This document shows, piece after piece, positions 46,027-53,010 of a stretch of DNA of 53,010 nt; position 1 is the first letter of the stretch; each line of letters begins with the position of its first letter. The position numbers were made by a program, and so were the translations under genes. This DNA is from a virus (Duplodnaviria; Caudoviricetes), in IMG/VR virus record IMGVR_UViG_3300030202_000332, positions 1 to 53,010 of that record; one strand, 5' to 3'. The notes below the pieces were generated by a model that did not search any database, was not told the DNA's origin, and saw only the letters and a list, made by a program, of their open reading frames with translations.

Positions 46027-48098
46027 TATGTTAATACGCTATTTGTATAAGTAGCTTTTTTGACGATTAATTCTAGTTGTGATTTGCCTGTTGCTAAATT
46101 CATATTAATACTATTTATGTAATATTCCTCTGCATTAATTACAATGATGTCATTAACAGAATAGTTTAACATAAAACTTATTGGTAAATTAGCAGAAACT
46201 TTTATGATTCTTCCATTTTGCTCAAATGTTTGCACAATGTATTGTTGATAAAACCTACTAAACAAACTATTTGTATTTACTTCTCCGTTAAATTCATCAT
46301 ACTCTGCACCAAAGTTTAGCGTGTGGTTTTGATCTGTTGATACATTTGATGGAGCATTGTAAGCTGTGATATTTGTGTTTGTTACTGGATAGCTACTAGA
46401 ATCAATGACTCTATTAAAAAATATATATGGACTACCTAGAGTAGACTTTCCTTCAGCATCTACCCACCAACCAATTACATTATTTGTGACAACACCAGCA
46501 TTATTAATTAAGTTTATTAATACACTTCTTTCAAATGGTAATTCTTGATTAAATGCTTGTCCATCATATTTTTCAGGTGCTGAATAATTTAAATCTCCAA
46601 ATACCAAACTAAATTGATTTATAAATCTTAAACTCGTTTGAGTGACTGGTGCAGAATATTTAAAGTTTACTTGATTAAATGGGACTGGACGATCAATCGT
46701 AGATGTGTTTATATCTATATATTTTGTAATGTCTCTTGAAACTCCTTTAGTCATATAATCATCAAAGGTTTCTACATATATAGTGTTATCTGCAAGTTTT
46801 GTATAAGCTACTAAATTAAACATCTTAAATAAGCCAGACAGAAAATCTATTACTTTAATTTTAGGTAAATAATCTTGTATAAATATATTTGATCCTAAAG
46901 TAAAAGCAGCACTACTATAATATGAAATGTTTGCTCCATTTTTTGCAATATTTAAAGCATCAGTAGCACTCGCAGCAAACGTAACATTCGTATTGCAATT
47001 TATTCTAAACTCTAAGTCATAAGTCCTAGTGCTTAAAGTTCCACTTGTTAAACTTGTTATTGTAATTGTTTGCGCTACACCTGACACAAAAGCAACGTTT
47101 TCTTTATAGTATAATAACTCATTTGTTAATTTATCTTTAACAATTATTTCGCCTGTGCTATTTGTAATGCTAGGATTTATAACTAGCCTAACTGTATAAG
47201 TATCTCCACTATTTACAACAAGTTTATCGGCTGTTAAATAATCTCCTCCACCACTAACATAAGTATAATCTGCAAAAGTTCTTTTAATGTTTTTTGTAGT
47301 TGTGTCTACTCCAAATGTAGGCGGATCAGTTTCAGGTGCTGATATTGGAGAGTTTTCTCGATGTAACCAAAGATATAGCTCATCAAACATATCACTGCCA
47401 AAAAAAGTCTTTATACTTCCGTCATCTGTCATATTAAAAGATATGTCATATTGTGTTTGTATAGCTTCAATAATTCTTTTAAGTTTTATTGCAGGTTTTA
47501 AATCTTTTTGTAAAACACTAAAGTTAACGTTATCTAATCTGTTTGTGCTAGGTGTATCATAAGTATAATAATTCTCTAACAATATTAAAGGGACTACTAT
47601 GTTACGATTTGCTGTACTTGTAGCATTAGAGCCTGTCGTTTGTAGTCCTGTTTTAAAAGCGTTTAAGAAATCACCACCAGAATAATCAATATCATAAGTG
47701 CTTAACCCATTTAAAGAGCTTAAATCTTCAGAACCAAATAAATCATTTAGACTGCTAGGCTCTCCAAAGAATACAACTTTATAAGCAAAAGGTTGATTAT
47801 TTTTCATTGATACTCCATCAAGTCTAATCTTTCCTGATCTAAATGGAACTTGGTTTATTTCTAATCTTGCAGTTACTTGAAACCTAGCATCAAATCCATC
47901 TTGTATATTAAAGTTATAATAGTGTTTAAATAGTTTGTTGTTTACTGAAGATGCTGGTAGATTAAAACTTTTAGAAAAAGGTGTAAAGACTTTGCTGATG
48001 TCAGATATGTTCTGAATTGAATCAGTAATACTTATTGTCTCATCTTGGAATAAGTCGACTTTTGTATCAGAAATATATAGTTGTACTTCACGCTTCAT
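46026..48098 (-). CDS. Tail tip/baseplate hub-like protein
   Basis: Homolog of 18925..21126. Confidence 0.65.
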   Translation of the reverse strand: MKREVQLYISDTKVDLFQDETISITDSIQNISDISKVFTPFSKSFNLPASSVNNKLFKHYYNFNIQDGFDARFQVTARLEINQVPFRSGKIRLDGVSMKNNQPFAYKVVFFGEPSSLNDLFGSEDLSSLNGLSTYDIDYSGGDFLNAFKTGLQTTGSNATSTANRNIVVPLILLENYYTYDTPSTNRLDNVNFSVLQKDLKPAIKLKRIIEAIQTQYDISFNMTDDGSIKTFFGSDMFDELYLWLHRENSPISAPETDPPTFGVDTTTKNIKRTFADYTYVSGGGDYLTADKLVVNSGDTYTVRLVINPSITNSTGEIIVKDKLTNELLYYKENVAFVSGVAQTITITSLTSGTLSTRTYDLEFRINCNTNVTFAASATDALNIAKNGANISYYSSAAFTLGSNIFIQDYLPKIKVIDFLSGLFKMFNLVAYTKLADNTIYVETFDDYMTKGVSRDITKYIDINTSTIDRPVPFNQVNFKYSAPVTQTSLRFINQFSLVFGDLNYSAPEKYDGQAFNQELPFERSVLINLINNAGVVTNNVIGWWVDAEGKSTLGSPYIFFNRVIDSSSYPVTNTNITAYNAPSNVSTDQNHTLNFGAEYDEFNGEVNTNSLFSRFYQQYIVQTFEQNGRIIKVSANLPISFMLNYSVNDIIVINAEEYYINSINMNLATGKSQLELIVKKATYTNSVLT

Positions 48099-49030
48099 TA
48101 TACTATGTTATTAATAATGTCGTTTGATTGTTCTACCTGTAGCGTGTATTGAATTAGTCTGTCGTTTAATGATGTCTTAAATGTTAAAGAACTTGATGTC
48201 ACAACAACAGGATTATAAGTTACACCTCCGTAAGTAATCCACACATACTCACTTAATAAAATATCTTCCATTACTTCATTATAAGCCTCAATCATATAGT
48301 TTGTGTTAAGTGTATATTTAATATTTCCGTTTTTATTAAATATTTGATTCTGATGGCTTGTAGTATCGTAATTACTTGAGGAATAAGTAAAGATGTTTCT
48401 TTTAAAATTATCTGATTTAGCAGTCATACTTTCAACCGACTTTAAAAAGAAGTAATGTTCTTGTTGTACTCCATTTCTATTTATAAATGTCATTAATACA
48501 GGAGTGTATTTAGCATTACATATTCTTTCTATTGTCCAAGTATAGTTTCCTGATGCTGCTGCTACGCTTGTCGCTGAGGTGCTTATCGTTGCTTTAGTTG
48601 CAGTTCCTGAATTCATATCATAAGCAAAAGAAGCTGTACTGTCTGGTAAATATATTATTTGACTACCGCCTGTATTTGTTAATTCGTAGTCATCAGGATC
48701 AATGTCTTGATTTACTCCTGCTGTGAATAATGAATATCCATAAAATCCTGTATGTGTTACTGCACCTTGAGCTGTGGCAGTTCCTCCACCATCAACAGCC
48801 GTATAAGTTGTAATGACATAAGAGATAGCTACCGTATCAAATGTTGATGCACTGTCAACCCAATAATCCTTACACAAGGTTGCTATTTCAAATACTGTTC
48901 TATTTGATGTGGCGTTTTTAAGAATTGTATATCTTAAAGTTCCATCTATAGTCAAAGCTATTTGAGCAGACAAATGTGAGCCAGTTGTTACAGTTACAAA
49001 GTATGGACTTCTTAAAAATATATTTGCCAT
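48098..49030 (-). CDS. Tail structural protein
   Basis: Homolog of 21126..22088. Confidence 0.55.
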   Translation of the reverse strand: MANIFLRSPYFVTVTTGSHLSAQIALTIDGTLRYTILKNATSNRTVFEIATLCKDYWVDSASTFDTVAISYVITTYTAVDGGGTATAQGAVTHTGFYGYSLFTAGVNQDIDPDDYELTNTGGSQIIYLPDSTASFAYDMNSGTATKATISTSATSVAAASGNYTWTIERICNAKYTPVLMTFINRNGVQQEHYFFLKSVESMTAKSDNFKRNIFTYSSSNYDTTSHQNQIFNKNGNIKYTLNTNYMIEAYNEVMEDILLSEYVWITYGGVTYNPVVVTSSSLTFKTSLNDRLIQYTLQVEQSNDIINNIV

Positions 49031-49542
49031 TATTTATTATTGTTAGGTATAATTATTGAATTGTCTAAATCATCTGCAAAAGCATTTTGTAAATCATCAG
49101 GTAATCTTTTAAATGCTGCGTTAAAAGGTTTAGTAAAAAACATACTAGGCTTTATTCCGTATTTAAATATGTTTTTAGCTACTGCATATTGTAATGATTT
49201 TCTACTTAAAAATTTGCCTGTCTTTTTATCTCTAGTTCCTTCTAAACCTTTTCTTACTACCCATTGACTAAAAGCAGATGGAGGAGGCATTTTTGTAGTA
49301 TAGCTATAAGGTGTGTTGTATTTCTTTTTAGTACCACTTACTCCTTTATCTTGAAATTTACCGTAATCATCCATTATAAAATTTATACCAATAGCATTAC
49401 TACCTTTGAACATCTTATAGTCTAAGCTATTATATAAACTTTTGCTTACATTCATTTTCCTTTTAGTTAAATTAGTTCTCGCTTGTTGGATCACATATTT
49501 ACCAAATTTATTTAAAGTCTCTTTTGTTTCTTTTAGTTGCAT
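49030..49542 (-). CDS. Neck/tail completion protein
   Basis: Homolog of 22091..22609. Confidence 0.55.
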   Translation of the reverse strand: MQLKETKETLNKFGKYVIQQARTNLTKRKMNVSKSLYNSLDYKMFKGSNAIGINFIMDDYGKFQDKGVSGTKKKYNTPYSYTTKMPPPSAFSQWVVRKGLEGTRDKKTGKFLSRKSLQYAVAKNIFKYGIKPSMFFTKPFNAAFKRLPDDLQNAFADDLDNSIIIPNNNK

Positions 49543-50006
49543 AAGTTTATATCGTTTGCTACAAATACATCAAAGGTGCAAGTTACTCCTGCCATTTCAT
49601 TCTCAAATCTTTCATAAAAGAACTCACAAGAAGCATCTCCTACTAATTGGTATAAATCTAAATGTATTGTCCCTTGCCTTAATGCTCCAATTAATTTATT
49701 AACCACAGCTAATTGAGTATTGATAACATCTTGCTCATTATTGTTTCCTCTGAATATATCTGTTGTTTCTTCTTTGCTGAGGTTTACTAAGTCCATTGCT
49801 AAAACACTTATGTTAAATTGAAGTACTTGTTCTTGTATTGTAACATTGTTTACTATAATATGGCTTAAAGGAAATATAGTTTGTTTAGATAAATCTATTT
49901 CTGTGATGTCGCCTGTTGTTACAGTATTGACATTTACATCAGCTAACAACTGTGTTTTAATTGTTTCTGTTATTTGATAAAATCCTCTTACTCCTTGATT
50001 GCTCAT
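49533..50006 (-). CDS. Putative tail terminator
   Basis: Homolog of 22600..23073. Confidence 0.5.
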   Translation of the reverse strand: MSNQGVRGFYQITETIKTQLLADVNVNTVTTGDITEIDLSKQTIFPLSHIIVNNVTIQEQVLQFNISVLAMDLVNLSKEETTDIFRGNNNEQDVINTQLAVVNKLIGALRQGTIHLDLYQLVGDASCEFFYERFENEMAGVTCTFDVFVANDINLCN

Positions 50007-50264
50007 CTTTTTATTTTACTTTTAATTTGTTTAGCTTCTAGCTCTGCTTTCTCTTTCATAAAACTTAATGCATAAAGACAAGTATGCACATTCAATTTAG
50101 TGATATCTTCAAGTCTTGTAATGTCTGAATTAGCGAGGCTGAAAATTGATTGAAACCAACCCCATTTTTTTCCAAAGTTTCTTGTTGGGCTAAACTCATC
50201 GCCTCCCCCTCCAAATAACTCAGCATAGTTTTCGACAAGTCCATCCCTAAATGATAAAAAAAAA
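50003..50264 (-). CDS. -1 frameshift extension of tail assembly chaperone
   Basis: T9 at 50256-50264; FFLSFRDG...FGKKWGWFQSI...SKIKR, stop overlaps next ATG. Confidence 0.75.
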
Positions 50265-50739
50265 GTATGGAACTTAACACAGCATCCATCGGCATATCTT
50301 TCATTATATTATCTTCATCACCTTTATAATCTTCTATTAAATATTTTTCTTTATGTCTTTGCTTAATGGGACGATAAAGAACATTCATTGCTTTGTGTAG
50401 GTTTTCAAAATCCCCTATGTATGTGTCAAGATCAACATATTCTCCAAAGCTCATATCTTCTAGCATAGGAATAAAACCATATTCTATGTTATTTATTTTA
50501 AACTTCCTTACTAAAGGTGGCTTCTCATTAAACATTTCAGAAAGAACACCTGTGATGTCTTTTATGCTTTTAGCTTTCATCGCTAATATTGTATCGCCTC
50601 TTAGTCCACAGAATATCTCTATCATTTTAATAGCTAAGAAGTTTTCATCTTCGTTGTCATCTTGGATTTTTAAATACTTTTGATATTGCCCTAAAGTTAT
50701 TTCACTTAAGGTGCTAGGAATATTTACTTTTACTTTCAT
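50092..50739 (-). CDS. Putative tail assembly chaperone (frame 0)
   Basis: Homolog of 23283..23930. Confidence 0.6.
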   Translation of the reverse strand: MKVKVNIPSTLSEITLGQYQKYLKIQDDNEDENFLAIKMIEIFCGLRGDTILAMKAKSIKDITGVLSEMFNEKPPLVRKFKINNIEYGFIPMLEDMSFGEYVDLDTYIGDFENLHKAMNVLYRPIKQRHKEKYLIEDYKGDEDNIMKDMPMDAVLSSILFFYHLGMDLSKTMLSYLEGEAMSLAQQETLEKNGVGFNQFSASLIQTLQDLKISLN

Positions 50740-50745
50740 ACATAT

Positions 50746-50769
50746 ATAACGTAAAAAATAAAAGTTTTA
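50746..50769 (-). promoter_or_regulatory. Late-promoter motif, 6 nt before ATG
   Basis: TAAAA-N13-CGTTAT. Confidence 0.8.
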
Positions 50770-50773
50770 GAAA

Positions 50774-51943
50774 CTATCTTATTGCGTATTGTCCTCTATT
50801 AGGATTCTTTAGTTGCATCATTAAAGCGTATCGAGCTGCATCAATACAGTCAGGATGTAAACCTGTAGGTTTTTGTAGATTGTTACCCTCTTTGTCTCTG
50901 TCCCATACATATCCTTGAAGTTCTTTAATAAGGTTTTTAGACTTTGAGGTTACATAGATTTCATTCTGGTTAATTAGGTTAATCCCATAAACTATTGAAT
51001 CTTTACCCTTTGTAACTGGATATATTTTATGTCCATAGTTTCTTAGCTCTTGTATAGACTTAGGCTCTGCGCTATCTGCATATATGTTTTCTCGTATCTC
51101 GTTCTGTTTTATGAAGTAGCTTAAATCTCTATTTAACATTCCTTTACGATAAAGTACCTCATCAAATATATAAGCATCATTCCATTTGTATAATCTTATA
51201 ATTGTTGAGGGATCAACACTATAACCAAAGTCAAGCCCTGCGCATAATAATCTTGCTTCTTGTGGTATATTGTCAATAGGTTTCCAATCAGGAATGCAGA
51301 CGCCTTCTAAACTTCCTATCTGTCCTAATCCATATACTTTCCACCAGTTAGCCCAATAAGTAGAAGTCTTTCCTTTCTCTCTTGCTTTTTCTATTTCTTT
51401 AATTATTGACTCTGGTAAGCTATCGTTGTCTTTGTATGTTAAGGTTATAAAGTTCGCATCTTGCTGTCCTATAAGTTCTTTGTCTACCCAGAATAAATTA
51501 GCAGGGTTATAGTCAAGCCATATATTGCCTGATGTTCTAACTGCTAATTGTTGGTAAGAATCAAAGCTAACATTATTACACTCGTTTATAAATAAGTCTG
51601 TTCTTCTTGCTCCTCTTAGTTTGTCAGGCTGATCTGTACTAAAGAACTCTATATAGCTACCATTACTAAATTCGTATTTTAAGGTACTCTTATTAAACTT
51701 TCTATCATCATACCTAGCCAATCCCTTTAAGATGTTTAAGAAGTCTTTTAAAGCACCTCTACGTAAGTGTGGTATAGATTCAGCTACTATGCTTATTTCT
51801 TTTCCTTTGTTTCGGATTGCATAGTCTATGAGGATTGCTATGATTGCTATTGTCTTTCCTGCTGATGATCCTCCTCTAATTATGCGAACTCTTTTATTAA
51901 GTTCTCTTAGTTTGTTAAGTGCTGAGGTTTTTGATACTTGCAT
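50774..51943 (-). CDS. terL: Terminase large subunit (PBSX-like), type B
   Basis: GGSSAGKT, LFINECN, DYNP, DFGYSVDP, DSAEP, IDAARY. Confidence 0.9.
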   Translation of the reverse strand: MQVSKTSALNKLRELNKRVRIIRGGSSAGKTIAIIAILIDYAIRNKGKEISIVAESIPHLRRGALKDFLNILKGLARYDDRKFNKSTLKYEFSNGSYIEFFSTDQPDKLRGARRTDLFINECNNVSFDSYQQLAVRTSGNIWLDYNPANLFWVDKELIGQQDANFITLTYKDNDSLPESIIKEIEKAREKGKTSTYWANWWKVYGLGQIGSLEGVCIPDWKPIDNIPQEARLLCAGLDFGYSVDPSTIIRLYKWNDAYIFDEVLYRKGMLNRDLSYFIKQNEIRENIYADSAEPKSIQELRNYGHKIYPVTKGKDSIVYGINLINQNEIYVTSKSKNLIKELQGYVWDRDKEGNNLQKPTGLHPDCIDAARYALMMQLKNPNRGQYAIR

Positions 51944-52191
51944 TAATCAATAAATAAAGGAACATCCTCATTAACGTGAATGTCTTTAGTTTCTCTTGGT
52001 TTACCTGCTACATAGTTGTAGTACAGTTGCACATATTTAAAGTCGCCTTTCTCTAAACCTTTTCTTAAAGCATCAAATGCTAAAGGCTCTAAAGGTGTAA
52101 GTTTCTCAATTAGTTTTACTTCTTCTGTCTTAGGTTTTCTTCCTGCAAAGCCTTTAGTTGAATGTCCTCCGTTATTCTTTCTACCGTCCAT
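51943..52191 (-). CDS. terS: Terminase small subunit, type B
   Basis: AGRKPK..E..L.E.L, Y.AGKP; upstream of terL. Confidence 0.65.
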   Translation of the reverse strand: MDGRKNNGGHSTKGFAGRKPKTEEVKLIEKLTPLEPLAFDALRKGLEKGDFKYVQLYYNYVAGKPRETKDIHVNEDVPLFID

Positions 52192-52223
52192 AAAAGATTA
52201 ATTTAAATTAATTAATTAATTAT

Positions 52224-52247
52224 ATAACGTTAGTTTTCAGGATTTTG
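52224..52247 (-). promoter_or_regulatory. Late-promoter motif upstream of terS
   Basis: CAAAA-N13-CGTTAT. Confidence 0.75.
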
Positions 52248-52373
52248 TTTAGGCAGTCTTTTTTTAATCTCTATTATTTCTTTAGATATTTTATCTACCA
52301 TAATATAAAGATTAGCTGTTATTCTTTCTATCTGTGCTATCTTTTGTTTTTGTGTCCATTTCTTATCTTTCAA
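52230..52373 (-). CDS. Small coiled-coil protein (47 aa)
   Basis: Homolog of 25467..25610. Confidence 0.6.
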   Translation of the reverse strand: MKDKKWTQKQKIAQIERITANLYIMVDKISKEIIEIKKRLPKQNPEN

Positions 52374-52480
52374 AATAATCTTGTTTGTTGTTTATGTTGT
52401 TCTATTCGTTTCTTTGCTGCTTCAAACTGATTGTCTGACATTTCTTTCATAGCCTCCATACAGTCTTGGTTGTATATCAT
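52370..52480 (-). pseudogene. DNA methyltransferase remnant (36 aa) after 513-bp in-frame deletion
   Basis: MIYNQDCMEAMKEMSDNQF fused to EAAKKRIEQHKQQTRLF. Confidence 0.9.
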
Positions 52481-52839
52481 TCTGTTCCTGATATTATTTG
52501 ATCGTGTGGTATTCTGTAAGTTCCAAACTGTTCATCATAACCCTCCTCAAACTTATCTCCCTCGATTTCTTTTTGTAAGTGTGCTAAGGCTCTCCAAGCT
52601 ATTTTTGCTGAGTGTCTTACTCCGTCTATATCGTGCATACCATTTTCCATTAGGTGTCGCATAAGCGCATCTAAGTCATCAGAGCTTTTTTCTCTGTCCC
52701 AATGTATGTCTTCGTCTGGGTGATGTTGTTTAGATCCTATGTAGCTTACTCTTGCTACTTCGCATAAAGCGTCAGGAAAGTATTTTATTAGCCCTCTATA
52801 CAAGGGTATCTCTTTTCTCTTTTGTTTGTTCTTTTCCAT
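52477..52839 (-). CDS. DUF5664-like protein
   Basis: Near-identical to 26227..26589. Confidence 0.65.
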   Translation of the reverse strand: MEKNKQKRKEIPLYRGLIKYFPDALCEVARVSYIGSKQHHPDEDIHWDREKSSDDLDALMRHLMENGMHDIDGVRHSAKIAWRALAHLQKEIEGDKFEEGYDEQFGTYRIPHDQIISGTE

Positions 52840-53010
52840 CTATTTCTTTTAAGGGTAATGTATCTACTATCATCAAAAGTTTCTTTAAGTCCTTTTCTTT
52901 TGTGTAGTCTATTATGTGGTTTATTAATGCTTTTCTTAATTTTGATTTGTTTCTTAGTCTAAGTAAGATAATATCAAAATACTTATCTAATAAAGGATTA
53001 TATCTTCTAT
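52796..53010 (-). CDS. Partial (3' part) of DnaA-C-like HTH protein
   Basis: Near-identical to 26546..26760; 5' end cut by window. Confidence 0.75.
   Translation of the reverse strand, partial: RRYNPLLDKYFDIILLRLRNKSKLRKALINHIIDYTKEKDLKKLLMIVDTLPLKEIDGKEQTKEKRDTLV
52913..53010. repeat. 98-bp exact repeat of 26663-26760
   Basis: Direct comparison; last mismatch at 52912/26662. Confidence 0.92.

Larger units (their letters stand above)
27879..53010 (-). mobile_element. Phage genome unit B, diverged syntenic relative of unit A (~26.25 kb if 26761-27878 is shared)
   Basis: Same gene order with homologous proteins; contig end matches 26663-26760 exactly. Confidence 0.9.

Noticed and set aside
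742-52664. All plus-strand ORFs in the track (e.g. 1212..1619, 18100..18456, 4552..4749)
   Set aside because: They are antisense shadows of conserved minus-strand genes with atypical composition. Apparent A/B similarity (4552 vs 32451) follows from conservation of the sense gene.
1-53010. Prophage or simple tandem duplication
   Set aside because: No integrase, repressor or host flanks were seen, and the units are too diverged and mosaic for a recent duplication.
1-53010. tRNA/rRNA genes or stop-codon reassignment
   Set aside because: No tRNA-like sequence was seen in the short intergenic gaps, and genes tile densely under the standard code.

Overview
AT-rich contig holding two related, syntenic siphovirus-like genomes head-to-tail, with all real genes on the minus strand. 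Unit A spans about 1-27878 and unit B about 27879-53010. A block at 26761-27878 (RecE-like exonuclease region) occurs only once. Base 1 matches 27879 (77 bp identical) and base 53010 matches 26760 (98 bp identical), so this is most likely an assembly chimera of two ~26-28 kb circularly permuted phages. The host is probably Bacteroidota/Flavobacteriia, judged from TTTG-N19-21-TAnnTT(T/A)(G/A) promoters, a DUF3127 SSB and Gln+1 signal peptides. Each unit has terminase, tail, head, fibre, lysis and replication/recombination genes plus an ECF-like sigma factor. I saw no integrase, polymerase, tRNA or CRISPR. Comparing A with B shows: (1) an envelope cassette in the lysis region (membrane coiled-coil protein, exported CXXC-less thioredoxin-like protein, predicted outer-membrane beta-barrel, conserved 48-aa peptide); (2) ten copies of a late-promoter motif YAAAW-N13-CGTTAT, eight of them exactly 6 nt before an ATG (predicted leaderless mRNAs); (3) a conserved -1 frameshift with long dual coding; (4) a ~40-aa module that is free-standing in A and fused to the beta-barrel in B; (5) candidate sRNAs; and (6) clean swaps or deletions of the terminase, fibre, lysin, holin and methyltransferase genes. 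Functional calls come from motif recognition only; no searches were run.
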